Both the position numbers and the translations under genes were made by a program. Source: Chthoniobacterales bacterium (GTDB taxonomy: Bacteria > Verrucomicrobiota > Verrucomicrobiia > Chthoniobacterales > UBA6821). From it: a stretch of DNA of 57,213 nucleotides. Below are positions 10,044-20,245 of this stretch, piece by piece (position 1 is the stretch's first letter; every line of letters begins with the position of its first letter). Location: contig JBIIGI010000006.1 of the NCBI GenBank assembly GCA_044236545.1, forward strand, positions 1 to 57,213, read 5' to 3'. The notes under the pieces are model-generated. The model was not told where the DNA came from and ran no database searches. It worked only from the letters and a program-made list of their open reading frames with translations.

Positions 10044-10120
10044 TTCAGCCTTCAGCCTTCAGCCTTCAGCCTTCAGCCTTCAGCCTTCAGCCTTCAGCCT
10101 TCAGCCTTCAGCCTTCAGTC
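10044..10120. repeat. Heptamer microsatellite (TTCAGCC)x10 plus TTCAGTC
   Basis: Counted directly. It overlaps the last codons and the stop of the CBS-domain gene (LKAEG*). Confidence 0.97.
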
Positions 10121-11393
10121 TGGTGACAAGCAACTTGTCGATGCGCTGCCGGTCCCTGTCGACAACCTCAAAGCGGAATCCGCCGCGATCGAATTTTTCC
10201 CCCTCCTCCGGAATATGGCCGAGATGGTGGAGAACGTAACCCCCTACGGTCTGGTAACGGTTCGTCTCAAACTCCTCGGAAGGAACCTCAAGTCCGACTT
10301 CTCGCGCGGTCTCCTCGAAGTCAAGCTGGGCATCGACCAGCCAACTCCCCTCGTCGCGCATAATTATTTCAGGATAATGCTGACGCACGCCGCGCTCAGG
10401 GAGCCTTCCGACGATCGCCTCGACGACATCCTTCAGGGTCACCATTCCCTCCACGACACCGAACTCATCAACCACGAGGGCGACGTGGCGGCGGGTCTTG
10501 CGGAACTCCTCGATCAGGCGGGGGGCCGTCATCGTGGCAGGGACAAACAGCGGGGTGGTGAGGACATCGGAGAGGCGGACCCCGCCGGTCATGGAGACAT
10601 TTGCCCAGAGGGCCTTCACGGCGACCATGCCGCGGATGTTGTCATGGGTTCCCTGAAAGACAGGATAATCGGAGTGACCGGCACCTGCGATGCGGCGCCA
10701 GTTCACATCATCCTTGTCGTCGAGATCGAGCCAGGTGACGCGGGACCGGGGGGTCATCAACTCGGCCGCCGACTGCTCGTCGAGATCGAGGACGCCCTCC
10801 ACCATCTCCTTCTCCACGGGATCGAAGGCGCCGCTCTCAAGCCCGTCATCCATCATCTGGAGAACCTCTTCCTCCCGTTCCTCATGGGAGCGCCTGCGAT
10901 CCAGATGCAGGATCCGGATGACGGATGAGACAAAGATCCACCCCAGACCCGCGAGCGGATCCATCCAGACGGTGAACCAGCGGGCAATCCTTGAGACCGC
11001 GCGAAGCGGCCCGGACTCGTGCAAGGCCTCACCGAGCGCGCGGGGGAGAAGAATTCCGAAGAGGAGAATCAGGAAGGCCAGCACCATGCCCAGGCAACCG
11101 AATCCCGCCGAGAGTAGAAGAGGAGATTCCCCTTGAATGAGAAGGATCAAATCCCGCGAGGCGAGAAGCGAGGCGAGGGTGAAGAGAAAAACGGCGGCCA
11201 GACGAAGACCCGGACGGGGACGCCTCCCGGCACCGTCGAATGAAGATACCGAATCAGCCTCTCCGCGGCGCTTCAGCAGCACCACATCAGCCATCACGAA
11301 GACCCCTCCCAGCAGAATCAGGGCGACCGGAACCAACGGCATCGAAAACCATCCAAGTGCTGTCTCAACAGATTCCGGGGAGGGATTCATCAC
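10101..11393 (-). CDS. HlyC/CorC (hemolysin-family) CBS-domain transporter-associated protein
   Basis: N-terminal TM segments, ELMTPR, VVDEFG..GMVTLKDVVEAIVG, and a C-terminal CorC domain YQTVGG...RIDKLLV. Confidence 0.9.
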   Translation of the reverse strand: MMNPSPESVETALGWFSMPLVPVALILLGGVFVMADVVLLKRRGEADSVSSFDGAGRRPRPGLRLAAVFLFTLASLLASRDLILLIQGESPLLLSAGFGCLGMVLAFLILLFGILLPRALGEALHESGPLRAVSRIARWFTVWMDPLAGLGWIFVSSVIRILHLDRRRSHEEREEEVLQMMDDGLESGAFDPVEKEMVEGVLDLDEQSAAELMTPRSRVTWLDLDDKDDVNWRRIAGAGHSDYPVFQGTHDNIRGMVAVKALWANVSMTGGVRLSDVLTTPLFVPATMTAPRLIEEFRKTRRHVALVVDEFGVVEGMVTLKDVVEAIVGRLPERGVRQHYPEIIMRDEGSWLVDAQLDFEETAREVGLEVPSEEFETNRYQTVGGYVLHHLGHIPEEGEKFDRGGFRFEVVDRDRQRIDKLLVTRLKAEG

Positions 11394-12055
11394 GAGCGGG
11401 CGCCCAGAAGTGCAAGGAGATGATCCGGAGACACCCCCCTGAGCGAACCCACGGCAAGATCACACTCTCCGAGCGACTCGATCGGATTCGTCGTGGCAAC
11501 CCCGACCACCTTCATGGCGGCCCGGCGGGCGGCCTCGATTCCGGCAAAGGCGTCCTCAATGACGATGCATCGGGAGGGATCGAGCCCCAGACGGCTGGCA
11601 GCGGAAAGAAAAACCTCCGGATGAGGCTTGCCATGGGTCACATCACTCCCGCAGACAACCTCGTCGAAGAGCTCGCCCAGACCGGTGGAAGCAAAGATGG
11701 CATCGAGATTTTCTCGCGGAGTGGAGGAGCCGACGGCGCGGGGAATCCCGGAACCTTTGAGGGAGGAGAGCAGTTCCTCGGCACCGGGAAGGACAACGAC
11801 CCCCTCGGCGGCAACAAGATCCCGGTAGATTTGCTCTTTCCTGTTGGCAAGCTCCCGGACGATTTGGGAATCCTCAGACCATCCAAGCGCCGGGATAATC
11901 ACCTCGTTCTTCTTACCGAAACCCGCCCTGAAATGTCCTTCGGGGAGTGTCAGCCCACGCTCGGCGGCGAGCAACTCCCAGGAGCGTTCGTGCTGGCAGG
12001 AGGAGTCGATCACCACGCCGTCCCAGTCAAACAGGACACCCCATGCATTGTTCAT
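11390..12055 (-). CDS. HAD-superfamily phosphatase (beta-PGM/CbbY-like)
   Basis: FDWDGVVIDS, GSS, KPHPE and IEDA..G motifs. Confidence 0.9.
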   Translation of the reverse strand: MNNAWGVLFDWDGVVIDSSCQHERSWELLAAERGLTLPEGHFRAGFGKKNEVIIPALGWSEDSQIVRELANRKEQIYRDLVAAEGVVVLPGAEELLSSLKGSGIPRAVGSSTPRENLDAIFASTGLGELFDEVVCGSDVTHGKPHPEVFLSAASRLGLDPSRCIVIEDAFAGIEAARRAAMKVVGVATTNPIESLGECDLAVGSLRGVSPDHLLALLGARS

Positions 12056-12188
12056 CGGACTATTAACAGCGGTTTGGCAGGCGCTCGGCAATGGTATTCT
12101 GATCCTCTTCCCGATGGATCCCCTGCCCGTGCACGTTCTTTCTATTGGATGGCAAGGGGGTCCCTCCCGTGGCTATCATCCGTGTCCA

Positions 12189-13694
12189 ATGCCTCCCCGC
12201 AGTCATCTTCCATTGCTGAGCATGCTCCTGTTGGGATTCGCCCAGGCTCTGTCGGCAAAGGAATCGCCTGTGGAATCTCCCGACATGGCACTTCGTTCCA
12301 CACTCACCTCCAGCGTGGTGCGGATCGATGTGACAACGCAGGAAGCGGACTACAGGTCCCCATGGAATGCCGGACGAATTGGAGGGGGTGTCGGATCGGG
12401 ATTCGTCGTCACGGATGGGAAAAAAACCTTGAAGATTCTGACAAACGCTCATGTCGTCAGCAATGCGCGCTTCATCCAACTGACCCGCGACGGGGTCAGC
12501 CATCCCTTCGCGGCCAGGGTCGAGTTCATTGCCCACGATTGCGATCTGGCCCTGCTGACTGTTGATGATCCGGCCTTTTTCACGGGAACCGTGCCGCTTG
12601 ACTTCGGAGGTGTCCCGACGATCGAATCGGTCGTGAGCGTCTACGGGTACCCTCTCGGGGGAGAGCGCCTTAGCGTGACCCGTGGCATTGTTTCCAGGGT
12701 GGATTTCAACACCTACTCCCATTCGGCAGTGGATTCGCACCTGGTGGTCCAGATCGACGCGGCGATCAATCCGGGCAACAGCGGGGGCCCGGTCCTTCAG
12801 GATGGAAAGGTTGTCGGCGTTGCCTTTCAAGGATACTCCGGAGACGTGGCCCAGAACGTCGGCTTCATGATTCCCACACCCGTGATCGCGCGCTTCCTTA
12901 GGGACATTTCAAAAGGATCCTACACCGGCTACACCGACCTCTCGATAGTCTACCGCCCGCTGATCGCGGAGGCTTCCAGAAAGGCCCTTGACGTGACAAG
13001 GGATGATCACGGCGTGCTGGTGACCGATGTGCATGAGGCGGGTTCAGCCCATGGTTATCTCCGCAGGGGGGATATCCTGCTGAGCATCGACGGACATGAC
13101 ATCGAGAGCAACGGCCGGGTTCAATTGGATGGACAATCCATCGAGATGGCCGAGGTGGTGGAGAGGAAGTTTGAGGGGGAGAAGGTCTCCTTCGGGATCC
13201 AGCGGGAAGGAAAACCGCTGAGGGTAGAATTTCCACTGCGCGGCACCTGGCCCTTCCGAATGCAGTCCAACTCCTATGATGAAAAGCCGCGCTACCTTCT
13301 TCACGGCGGACTTCTTTTCCAACCGCTTGACCGGAATTTCATGTCCGCCACGGGTGCCGCTGACATGAGGCTGAGCAGGGCATTTGACGATTTCGTCGAG
13401 CGCCACCTCTACAAGGAACGACCAGAGATTGTTGTCTTGAGCAGGATCCTTGCAGATCCGGTTAACAAGGATTGCGACGGACTGCGGCAAGGGATCGTCG
13501 AGAAGATCAATGGGATGACCATCAGGTCCCTCACCGACGTGGTGAACGCCTTCGCGGCTCCGGCCCTCTTCGATGTCATCAACCTCGAGGGGCCCGGCAT
13601 CCCGATCGTTCTCAAGCGTGAGGAGGTCCTCAAGGCCAATCCCCGGATCATGGAGCGTTACGGCATCCCCTCGCCGCAAAACCTGCAGCCCTGA
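12189..13694 (+). CDS. Trypsin-like Deg/HtrA serine protease with PDZ domains (plant Deg2-like layout)
   Basis: Signal peptide and intact triad: TNAHVV, DCDLAL, AINPGNSGGP. Confidence 0.92.
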   Translation: MPPRSHLPLLSMLLLGFAQALSAKESPVESPDMALRSTLTSSVVRIDVTTQEADYRSPWNAGRIGGGVGSGFVVTDGKKTLKILTNAHVVSNARFIQLTRDGVSHPFAARVEFIAHDCDLALLTVDDPAFFTGTVPLDFGGVPTIESVVSVYGYPLGGERLSVTRGIVSRVDFNTYSHSAVDSHLVVQIDAAINPGNSGGPVLQDGKVVGVAFQGYSGDVAQNVGFMIPTPVIARFLRDISKGSYTGYTDLSIVYRPLIAEASRKALDVTRDDHGVLVTDVHEAGSAHGYLRRGDILLSIDGHDIESNGRVQLDGQSIEMAEVVERKFEGEKVSFGIQREGKPLRVEFPLRGTWPFRMQSNSYDEKPRYLLHGGLLFQPLDRNFMSATGAADMRLSRAFDDFVERHLYKERPEIVVLSRILADPVNKDCDGLRQGIVEKINGMTIRSLTDVVNAFAAPALFDVINLEGPGIPIVLKREEVLKANPRIMERYGIPSPQNLQP

Positions 13695-13708
13695 ACATTC
13701 CCCCATCC

Positions 13709-15238
13709 ATGCGCCCCGGTCTATCCCCCTGCCCTGCCTTCCTTATTCCGGCACTTTTGCTGGGCGCGGCCATCCAGTTGTCAGGGTGCGGGGGGAAAAA
13801 ACCTCCGCTCGGGATCTCTCACTTCTCTCCGGCGGATTCGGTGATCCGGGTGACTTCGACGATCCAGTACCCCGATCCTCAGAGACCGTGGATCAAGAAG
13901 ACGCCTTTCACCCGGGCCGGTCTCGGAACGGTTATCGAGGGCGATCGTCTCTTGGTCACTGCCGATCTCGTGGCTCACGCGACATGTATCGAACTGGAAA
14001 CACCCTGGGATGGCCGGAAGGAAAGCGCCTCTGTCTCGGCCATCGACGAGGAGTGCAACCTTGCGGTGATCAGGCCGCTCAATGATGCGATCCTGCGCAA
14101 CGCCCGCCCCCTTTCCCTGGATCAGTCGATCCGCACCGGAACCCGTTTGGAAATCCTGCAACTAGAACCCAACGGATCCCCGGCCCTGACCCCGGCCACC
14201 GTGACCACGGTGGCCGTGATGCCTTACCCCGCTGACGGGGCCTCCTACCTCCTCTACCGCACGGCCACATCGATTCCCCAGAGGGAAGGAAGTTTTGTCG
14301 TTCCGGCACTCCGTGATGGAAAAATTGCGGGACTCGTGATGCGCTATGATCCGAAGAGCCAGTCGGCCGACATCATACCGGCACCCTTGATAGCGCGCTT
14401 TTTGAAAGAGAGCGCCAAACCCGGTTTCTCCGGCCTGGCACGCGCCGGGCTCTCCTGGGAGCCGGTCCGTGGAACGACCCTGAGGGAATGGCTCGGCGTG
14501 GAAAAGGATCGGTCGGGTGTCTACGTCACCTCGGTCGATCCAAACGGCCCCGCCGAGAAAGGGGGGGTGCGAACAGGGGACCTGCTGTTCAAGGCCGCAG
14601 GCAAGGAGATCGACCGCGAAGGGAATATCATCGACCCCGACCACGGTAAAATCTCCTTCAGCAACCTCGCGAGCCTGGGTAGCTCGACCGGCGACCCGAT
14701 GGTGCTCTCGTATTTCCGAAGCAGCGGGGCGGGAACAGGAAGTTTCGGAACCACCACGCTGACCTTGGCCGGACGGAATCCTCTCGCCGAAAGCAGTCCC
14801 TCGCGACTCGAGGGGGAGTCAGTCCCATACACGTTTCTTGGCGCACTGCTCTTTCAGGAACTCTCCCGTCCCTACCTCCGTGAATGGGGCTCGGACTGGC
14901 GCAGGGAGGCACCGCGGAATCTGGTCTATCTGGATGCCTTTCAGGAAGAGGCCCCGCGGGGACATGAACGCTATGTCATTCTATCCGCGGTTCTCCCCAC
15001 CGAGCGCAACGTCGGGTTCCAGGATCTCTCCAACAGATTGGTCCTTGCCATCAATGGCAAAGCGATCCACCGCCTCGCCGATGTGACCGAAGCGGCAAAA
15101 AGTCCGGAAAACGGATTTCACCGCATCGATCTGGAGGGTTCGGCCGGTCCGATCTTTCTCGATGACTCCACGCTGGTCACCGAGGAGGAAGAGGTGCGCA
15201 AGCGCTACGGCATACCCCGAAAAATGGGGGGAAATTGA
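13709..15238 (+). CDS. Deg-like PDZ lipoprotein, catalytically degenerate paralogue
   Basis: Lipobox LSGC. Colinear with the upstream protease but the triad positions read TADLV / ECNLA / REGSF. Confidence 0.8.
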   Translation: MRPGLSPCPAFLIPALLLGAAIQLSGCGGKKPPLGISHFSPADSVIRVTSTIQYPDPQRPWIKKTPFTRAGLGTVIEGDRLLVTADLVAHATCIELETPWDGRKESASVSAIDEECNLAVIRPLNDAILRNARPLSLDQSIRTGTRLEILQLEPNGSPALTPATVTTVAVMPYPADGASYLLYRTATSIPQREGSFVVPALRDGKIAGLVMRYDPKSQSADIIPAPLIARFLKESAKPGFSGLARAGLSWEPVRGTTLREWLGVEKDRSGVYVTSVDPNGPAEKGGVRTGDLLFKAAGKEIDREGNIIDPDHGKISFSNLASLGSSTGDPMVLSYFRSSGAGTGSFGTTTLTLAGRNPLAESSPSRLEGESVPYTFLGALLFQELSRPYLREWGSDWRREAPRNLVYLDAFQEEAPRGHERYVILSAVLPTERNVGFQDLSNRLVLAINGKAIHRLADVTEAAKSPENGFHRIDLEGSAGPIFLDDSTLVTEEEEVRKRYGIPRKMGGN

Positions 15239-15311
15239 CCTGTCGGCAGCCCTTTTGGAACTCGACGGAAAAAGCGGACCGGCTAGCTTGGGATTCCTAT
15301 TTTCATCGCCC

Positions 15312-16049
15312 ATGTCCGAACGCACCCTGGTCGTCATCCCCACGTACAATGAAAGGGAAAATCTCCCGAAGCTTGTAGAACAACTGCTTTCCCTCACCGA
15401 CCGGCTTGAAATTCTCGTTGTTGACGACGGATCCCCCGATGGAACCGGCCAATGGGTGTCGGAAACCGCAGCCACGGAACCGAGGATTCACCTCCTTTCC
15501 CGTCTTGCCAAAAACGGCCTTGGCCGTGCCTACGTGGCGGGATTCCAGTGGGCCTTGGAACACGGTTATGACCTGGTCGTTCAGATGGACGCCGACTTTT
15601 CGCATAACCCCGGGGATGTGCCAAAACTCCTCGCGGGGATCCGGGCAACCGGCGCCGACCTTGCGATCGGTTCACGCTATGTCGGCGGGATCCGTGTGAT
15701 CAACTGGCCACTCAATCGCCTGGTGCTCAGCGTGGGGGCTTCCTATTATGTGAAGTGGATCACGGGACTGCCGCTCTGGGATCCCACCGGAGGATTCAAA
15801 TGCTGGAGGCGAGGCACTCTGGAGGCGATCGACCTTTCCACCGTGAAGTCGAACGGCTACGGATTCCAGATCGAGATGTCGCACCGGACCTGGCGGCAGG
15901 GACTACGCATCACGGAGGTTCCGATCATCTTCACCGAACGCCTTGAAGGAACCTCCAAGATGTCGAAGAAAATCGTCATTGAGGCGCTCGTGATGGTCTG
16001 GTCACTGCTATTGCAGAATGGCCTGATGCGCAGCCCGAAGAGGGCTTAG
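15312..16049 (+). CDS. Polyprenol monophosphomannose synthase (GT2, Dpm1/Ppm1-like)
   Basis: IPTYNEREN, VVDDGSPDGTG, QMDADFSHNP, GSRYVGG and GYGFQIEM motifs. Confidence 0.92.
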   Translation: MSERTLVVIPTYNERENLPKLVEQLLSLTDRLEILVVDDGSPDGTGQWVSETAATEPRIHLLSRLAKNGLGRAYVAGFQWALEHGYDLVVQMDADFSHNPGDVPKLLAGIRATGADLAIGSRYVGGIRVINWPLNRLVLSVGASYYVKWITGLPLWDPTGGFKCWRRGTLEAIDLSTVKSNGYGFQIEMSHRTWRQGLRITEVPIIFTERLEGTSKMSKKIVIEALVMVWSLLLQNGLMRSPKRA

Positions 16050-16124
16050 CGAAGCGCTGATTCCCTAGATCATCTTCTCCGGACGCGATACCAGACGATA
16101 TTTCCACCACTTTCCATTACCCCA

Positions 16125-19085
16125 ATGAGCACGACGACAACCCGCGACGCGCAGAATCCCGAATCCGATTCACAGCGCGAGGAACGCATTCATCCCTTCC
16201 GCCTCTTCGACAGTCATGAGCGCAGGATCTCCTTACTTTGTTTCCTCATCGCCCTGATCACCTATTGGTCCACGGTCATGCCGAACATCGGGCTCAACGA
16301 CGATGGGGAGATGGCCACGGCCGCCCTCCACTTCGGCGTGATGCACCCCTCCGGCTATCCGCTCTGGACCATTCTGGCAGGATTATTCAGCCATCTCATC
16401 CCCTTCGGAAACGGCTCCTGGAAGATCAATCTCTTCTCCGGTCTCTGCACGGCGATCGGAGCCGGGATCTTCTCCCTGATCTCGCTGAATTCGACCCGCT
16501 GGCTTGGTGTGGCACGCCTTCCAGCAACAGTTCTAGCGCTCTCCGCCACGCTGACCTTCACCTGGGTAACTCCCATCTGGTCCCATGCGGTCGTCGGGAA
16601 GGGGCTGTATGCCCTGCATGTCTGCCTGATGATGTCGTTTCTGCTCTTGACCTACGTCTGGATCAGGCGTCCGCACTGGAAGAACGCGTTTGTCTGGTTG
16701 GTCTTCCTCTTCTGCCTGGGCATGAGCAACCACCACATGACCCTCGCGATGGCGTTCCTCCCCTTGCTGGTCATCCTGCTCCTCCATGCCGAACTTTTCT
16801 GGGAATACGCACTCTACAGCATGCTCATCGCAAGCCTGCTGTACCTGGGATTCGCATATCTCTCCACCGACCAATACCACGCCCCGGCGATGAAGGCCGC
16901 GATCCGCCTCCTCTTCACGGTGGGCGCATTCCTGGTTCTTTTTGTGCTGATCAGGAAAAAACTCCCAGAATGGCGGCGGGGCCTTCTTCTTTTCGTGGCG
17001 GTGTTTTTTGGTCTGCTCCCCTACGCCTACATGCCGCTGGCCTCGTCGTCGAACCCACCGATGAACTGGAGTTACTGCAGCACGCCCGAGGGCTTCTTCT
17101 ACGCGATCAATCGTTCCCAGTATTGGGGCACCCTTGCCGACCAACTCCAGGGAACGGTCGGAAAACTGGTCGGGGTCCCCCCGGCCGATAAGCAGAAAGG
17201 GCCAAAGGCCCCGGATGAGGAGAGCACCCTTCAATCCTTCACCGGATTCTGCAAGGTCTTCTGGCGTGTCCTGAACGAGAGCATCACCCCGGTTCCGTTG
17301 ATCTTCGCCCTGCTTGGCTTCATCCTCTTCTGGCGGATCCCTCGGGAGCAACGGATCTGGTTTTACCTCCTTGTCATCGGTTTCTGTCTTTCGGCCTTCC
17401 TGCAACCCCTCTCCTGGAACAACGGCTACGACAACGCCGGATGGGAAATGCAGTACCAGTACCAGAGCCTCAGCTACGCCTTCTTCATCATGCTCTCTGT
17501 TTTCGGGGCGGCCATCCTCTTCACGGCCTTGGAGAAGCCGTTGCCACGGGGTCGCCTTGCGATCATAGGCCTAATGGTTGCAACGGCGATCTACACCCTG
17601 GTCACTTGCCTGCCGAAGAGCAGCCAACGCGGTCATTGGTTCGGCTGGATGTACGGCCATGACATGCTCGCAGACTTGCCAAAGGACAGCTTTGTCTTCG
17701 GTGGCACCGACCCGGGGCGTTTCGTTCCCACCTACATGGTCTTCGGTGAGAGCTTTGAGAAGTACAAGCGGGATCCGGACTTCGACCGCCGCGATCTCTA
17801 CATCGTCACCCAGAACGCCTTGGCCGACACCTTCTACAACCGGTACATACGCTCCCACTACACTGATGAACGCCCCTCGGAGTTCAACTGGATCGAGCGC
17901 CTGCTCGGACGTGACCGAACCTATCCCAAGGAGACTCTCACGCTTCCCCACCGTGAGGATATCATGGCCCTTTTCGAGGCGCTGATGCGGAGATATCAGG
18001 AAAATCCTTCAGCAATGCCGAATCCCCAGACCGATCCGGTGACCCTGAACTCGGCGGTGGCTGAATGGATTTTCCTACACAACCGCGACAGGAAAGACGG
18101 TACTCCCCGGCATTTTTTCGTCGAGGAAAGCTTCCCGATGCAGTGGTCTTATCCCTACGCCATCCCGCACGGCCTCTGTTACGAAATCAACCATGATCAA
18201 CTAGCGGAACTACCACCCGGCACCGCGCAAAAGGACTTGGCTTGGTGGGATGACTACATCAAGCGACTTGAATCCGTTTCCGGCTTCCAAAACGACGATC
18301 TGGCCAAGCATTCCTTTGCAAAACTCCGCAACACAGGTGGGAATATTTACTCATTCCGCAGGATGTTTCCTGAGGCGGAGCGAGCCTACCGACAGGCTCT
18401 CCATCTCTGGCCGGGCAACACAGAGACAACCTCCAACTTGGTGAATCTTCTCACCCAGCAAGGTCGGTTCAAGGATGCCTCGGATCTTGCCGCCGAATCC
18501 CTGCCGATCGACCCCAATAGCAAGGTTCTTCAGCGTCTGGTGATCGCAACCGGGGCACGGTTGAAGGCTACACAGGATCTCCCGATCCAGATGACCGCGC
18601 TTCAGTCAGACCCGAACAACAGGCAACTCCTAGCTCCGGTGCTCCAGAACCTCATGATCCTTGGCCGCCAAAACGATGTTGATGAGACGGTTGCCAGATC
18701 CATGTCGAAGACACCGAACGACATCCCCTTCCTTCGCGACATGATCAACTTCTACGCCACCCAGGGGCGCATTCAACAAGCCCTCGACGTTGCAAAGGCT
18801 CTCCAGAAAGCCCAACCCGGCGAGTGGGATGTCCCCTTTACAATCGCAAAATACCAACTTGTCCTAGGCCAAAGGGAACCATCCTTCATGAGCCTGCGCC
18901 GTGCCGTGGAATTGGGAGGCAACACGGCTCTTCAGCAGATCGCTAGGGAGCAACTCTTCCAGCAGGTTGCGGCTGATCCGGGCTTCCAGCAGGCGGTTCG
19001 TTTTGATCCGAATCTGAAACAAGCGCCCCAGCCAGAAAATCAGAAATCGACCTCCAACCCTTCTAGCGCAAAATTGAAAAAATAG
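16125..19085 (+). CDS. DUF2723 (TMEM260-like) GT-C membrane glycosyltransferase with C-terminal TPRs
   Basis: DDGEMATAA...HPSGYPLW motif after the first TM helix, many TM helices, NPPMNW, a periplasmic domain and TPR-like repeats. Confidence 0.85.
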   Translation: MSTTTTRDAQNPESDSQREERIHPFRLFDSHERRISLLCFLIALITYWSTVMPNIGLNDDGEMATAALHFGVMHPSGYPLWTILAGLFSHLIPFGNGSWKINLFSGLCTAIGAGIFSLISLNSTRWLGVARLPATVLALSATLTFTWVTPIWSHAVVGKGLYALHVCLMMSFLLLTYVWIRRPHWKNAFVWLVFLFCLGMSNHHMTLAMAFLPLLVILLLHAELFWEYALYSMLIASLLYLGFAYLSTDQYHAPAMKAAIRLLFTVGAFLVLFVLIRKKLPEWRRGLLLFVAVFFGLLPYAYMPLASSSNPPMNWSYCSTPEGFFYAINRSQYWGTLADQLQGTVGKLVGVPPADKQKGPKAPDEESTLQSFTGFCKVFWRVLNESITPVPLIFALLGFILFWRIPREQRIWFYLLVIGFCLSAFLQPLSWNNGYDNAGWEMQYQYQSLSYAFFIMLSVFGAAILFTALEKPLPRGRLAIIGLMVATAIYTLVTCLPKSSQRGHWFGWMYGHDMLADLPKDSFVFGGTDPGRFVPTYMVFGESFEKYKRDPDFDRRDLYIVTQNALADTFYNRYIRSHYTDERPSEFNWIERLLGRDRTYPKETLTLPHREDIMALFEALMRRYQENPSAMPNPQTDPVTLNSAVAEWIFLHNRDRKDGTPRHFFVEESFPMQWSYPYAIPHGLCYEINHDQLAELPPGTAQKDLAWWDDYIKRLESVSGFQNDDLAKHSFAKLRNTGGNIYSFRRMFPEAERAYRQALHLWPGNTETTSNLVNLLTQQGRFKDASDLAAESLPIDPNSKVLQRLVIATGARLKATQDLPIQMTALQSDPNNRQLLAPVLQNLMILGRQNDVDETVARSMSKTPNDIPFLRDMINFYATQGRIQQALDVAKALQKAQPGEWDVPFTIAKYQLVLGQREPSFMSLRRAVELGGNTALQQIAREQLFQQVAADPGFQQAVRFDPNLKQAPQPENQKSTSNPSSAKLKK

Positions 19086-19374
19086 GCACTCAGCTGTTCG
19101 CTTCGGAATCGCCTCAGGGTTGGATTGTCCCTACGGGAACAGCACGCTCCAAGGAGTAACAAGCGGATAGAAAATCACTATGAGCAGGAATGAAACTGCA
19201 ATACCCTAGTGAATTTCATTTCTAGAATCAGCATTTCTCAAACGTGGCAGGACATAGAATTCCTTGTCCTTCTGGGTAGCCAGACACCAATCCCATCGCG
19301 TCAGCGGATGAGTAGCAGGAAAGAATAGGCCGTTTGACTAGGTGTCCTGAGTTGAAAGACCACCGGTTGGACTG

Positions 19375-20184
19375 ATGATGAAGTCACAACCTATGAGCAC
19401 GACATCCCGTAATGCTGGTAAGGGGAACTACGAAGACGAGTTGAGGGAGCTTCAGGTTGAATTGGCACACCTACAAGCCTGGGTGGTAAAGAGTGGAGCG
19501 CGGATCGTCGTGGTGTTCGAAGGACGGGACGCGGCAGGCAAGGGCGGGATGATCAGGCGGATAACCGAGCGTCTCAGTCCCCGGATCTTCCGCATCGTGG
19601 CGCTACCCGCGCCGACCGACCGCCAGAAGACGCAGCTCTACATGCAGCGTTACATGGAGCAAATGCCCGCGGCCGGCGAGGTCGTGATTTTTGACCGCAG
19701 TTGGTACAACCGCCCGGGCGTTGAGCGGGTGATGGGCTTTTGCAGCGAGGTGGATGCCAAGCGCTATCTGGAACTGACACCGCATTTTGAGGCTTACATG
19801 ATCGATTCCGGAATCATGCTCATTAAGTACTTCCTGACGGTCAGTGAGGCGGAGCAGGAAAAGCGCTTCCGCCGCCGCATCCACGACCCCCTGAGGCAGT
19901 GGAAGCTCAGCCCCATGGACATTGAGTCCTATCGTCGCTGGTGGGATTACTCGATCGCCTACGACGAGATGATCCGAATGACTGACACGCCGCAATCGCC
20001 ATGGTGGATCGTGCCGTCAGACAATAAAAAGCGCGCGCGCATCAACTGTATTTCGCACTTCCTGAGCCTCATTCCGTACAAGAAGGTCCCGTTCAGGAAG
20101 CCTGTGCTTGGAAAGCGCAATAAACGGCCCAAGAGCTATGTGCCAGACGAGGAGTCGCTCAATGTGGTGCCGGACATCATGTGA
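19375..20184 (+). CDS. ppk2: Polyphosphate kinase 2 (class I-like)
   Basis: EGRDAAGKGG, FDRSWYNRPGVERVMGF and WKLSPMD motifs. Start may be 19393. Confidence 0.93.
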   Translation: MMKSQPMSTTSRNAGKGNYEDELRELQVELAHLQAWVVKSGARIVVVFEGRDAAGKGGMIRRITERLSPRIFRIVALPAPTDRQKTQLYMQRYMEQMPAAGEVVIFDRSWYNRPGVERVMGFCSEVDAKRYLELTPHFEAYMIDSGIMLIKYFLTVSEAEQEKRFRRRIHDPLRQWKLSPMDIESYRRWWDYSIAYDEMIRMTDTPQSPWWIVPSDNKKRARINCISHFLSLIPYKKVPFRKPVLGKRNKRPKSYVPDEESLNVVPDIM

Positions 20185-20245
20185 TTGATGTTCTGAACAA
20201 CGACCACTGATCCAAGCATTTTTCTTTAACACAGGGCTCAACTCT

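Noticed and set aside
10044-10120. CRISPR array
   Set aside because: It is a spacer-less 7-mer tandem. No repeat-spacer array or cas gene is seen anywhere in the window.
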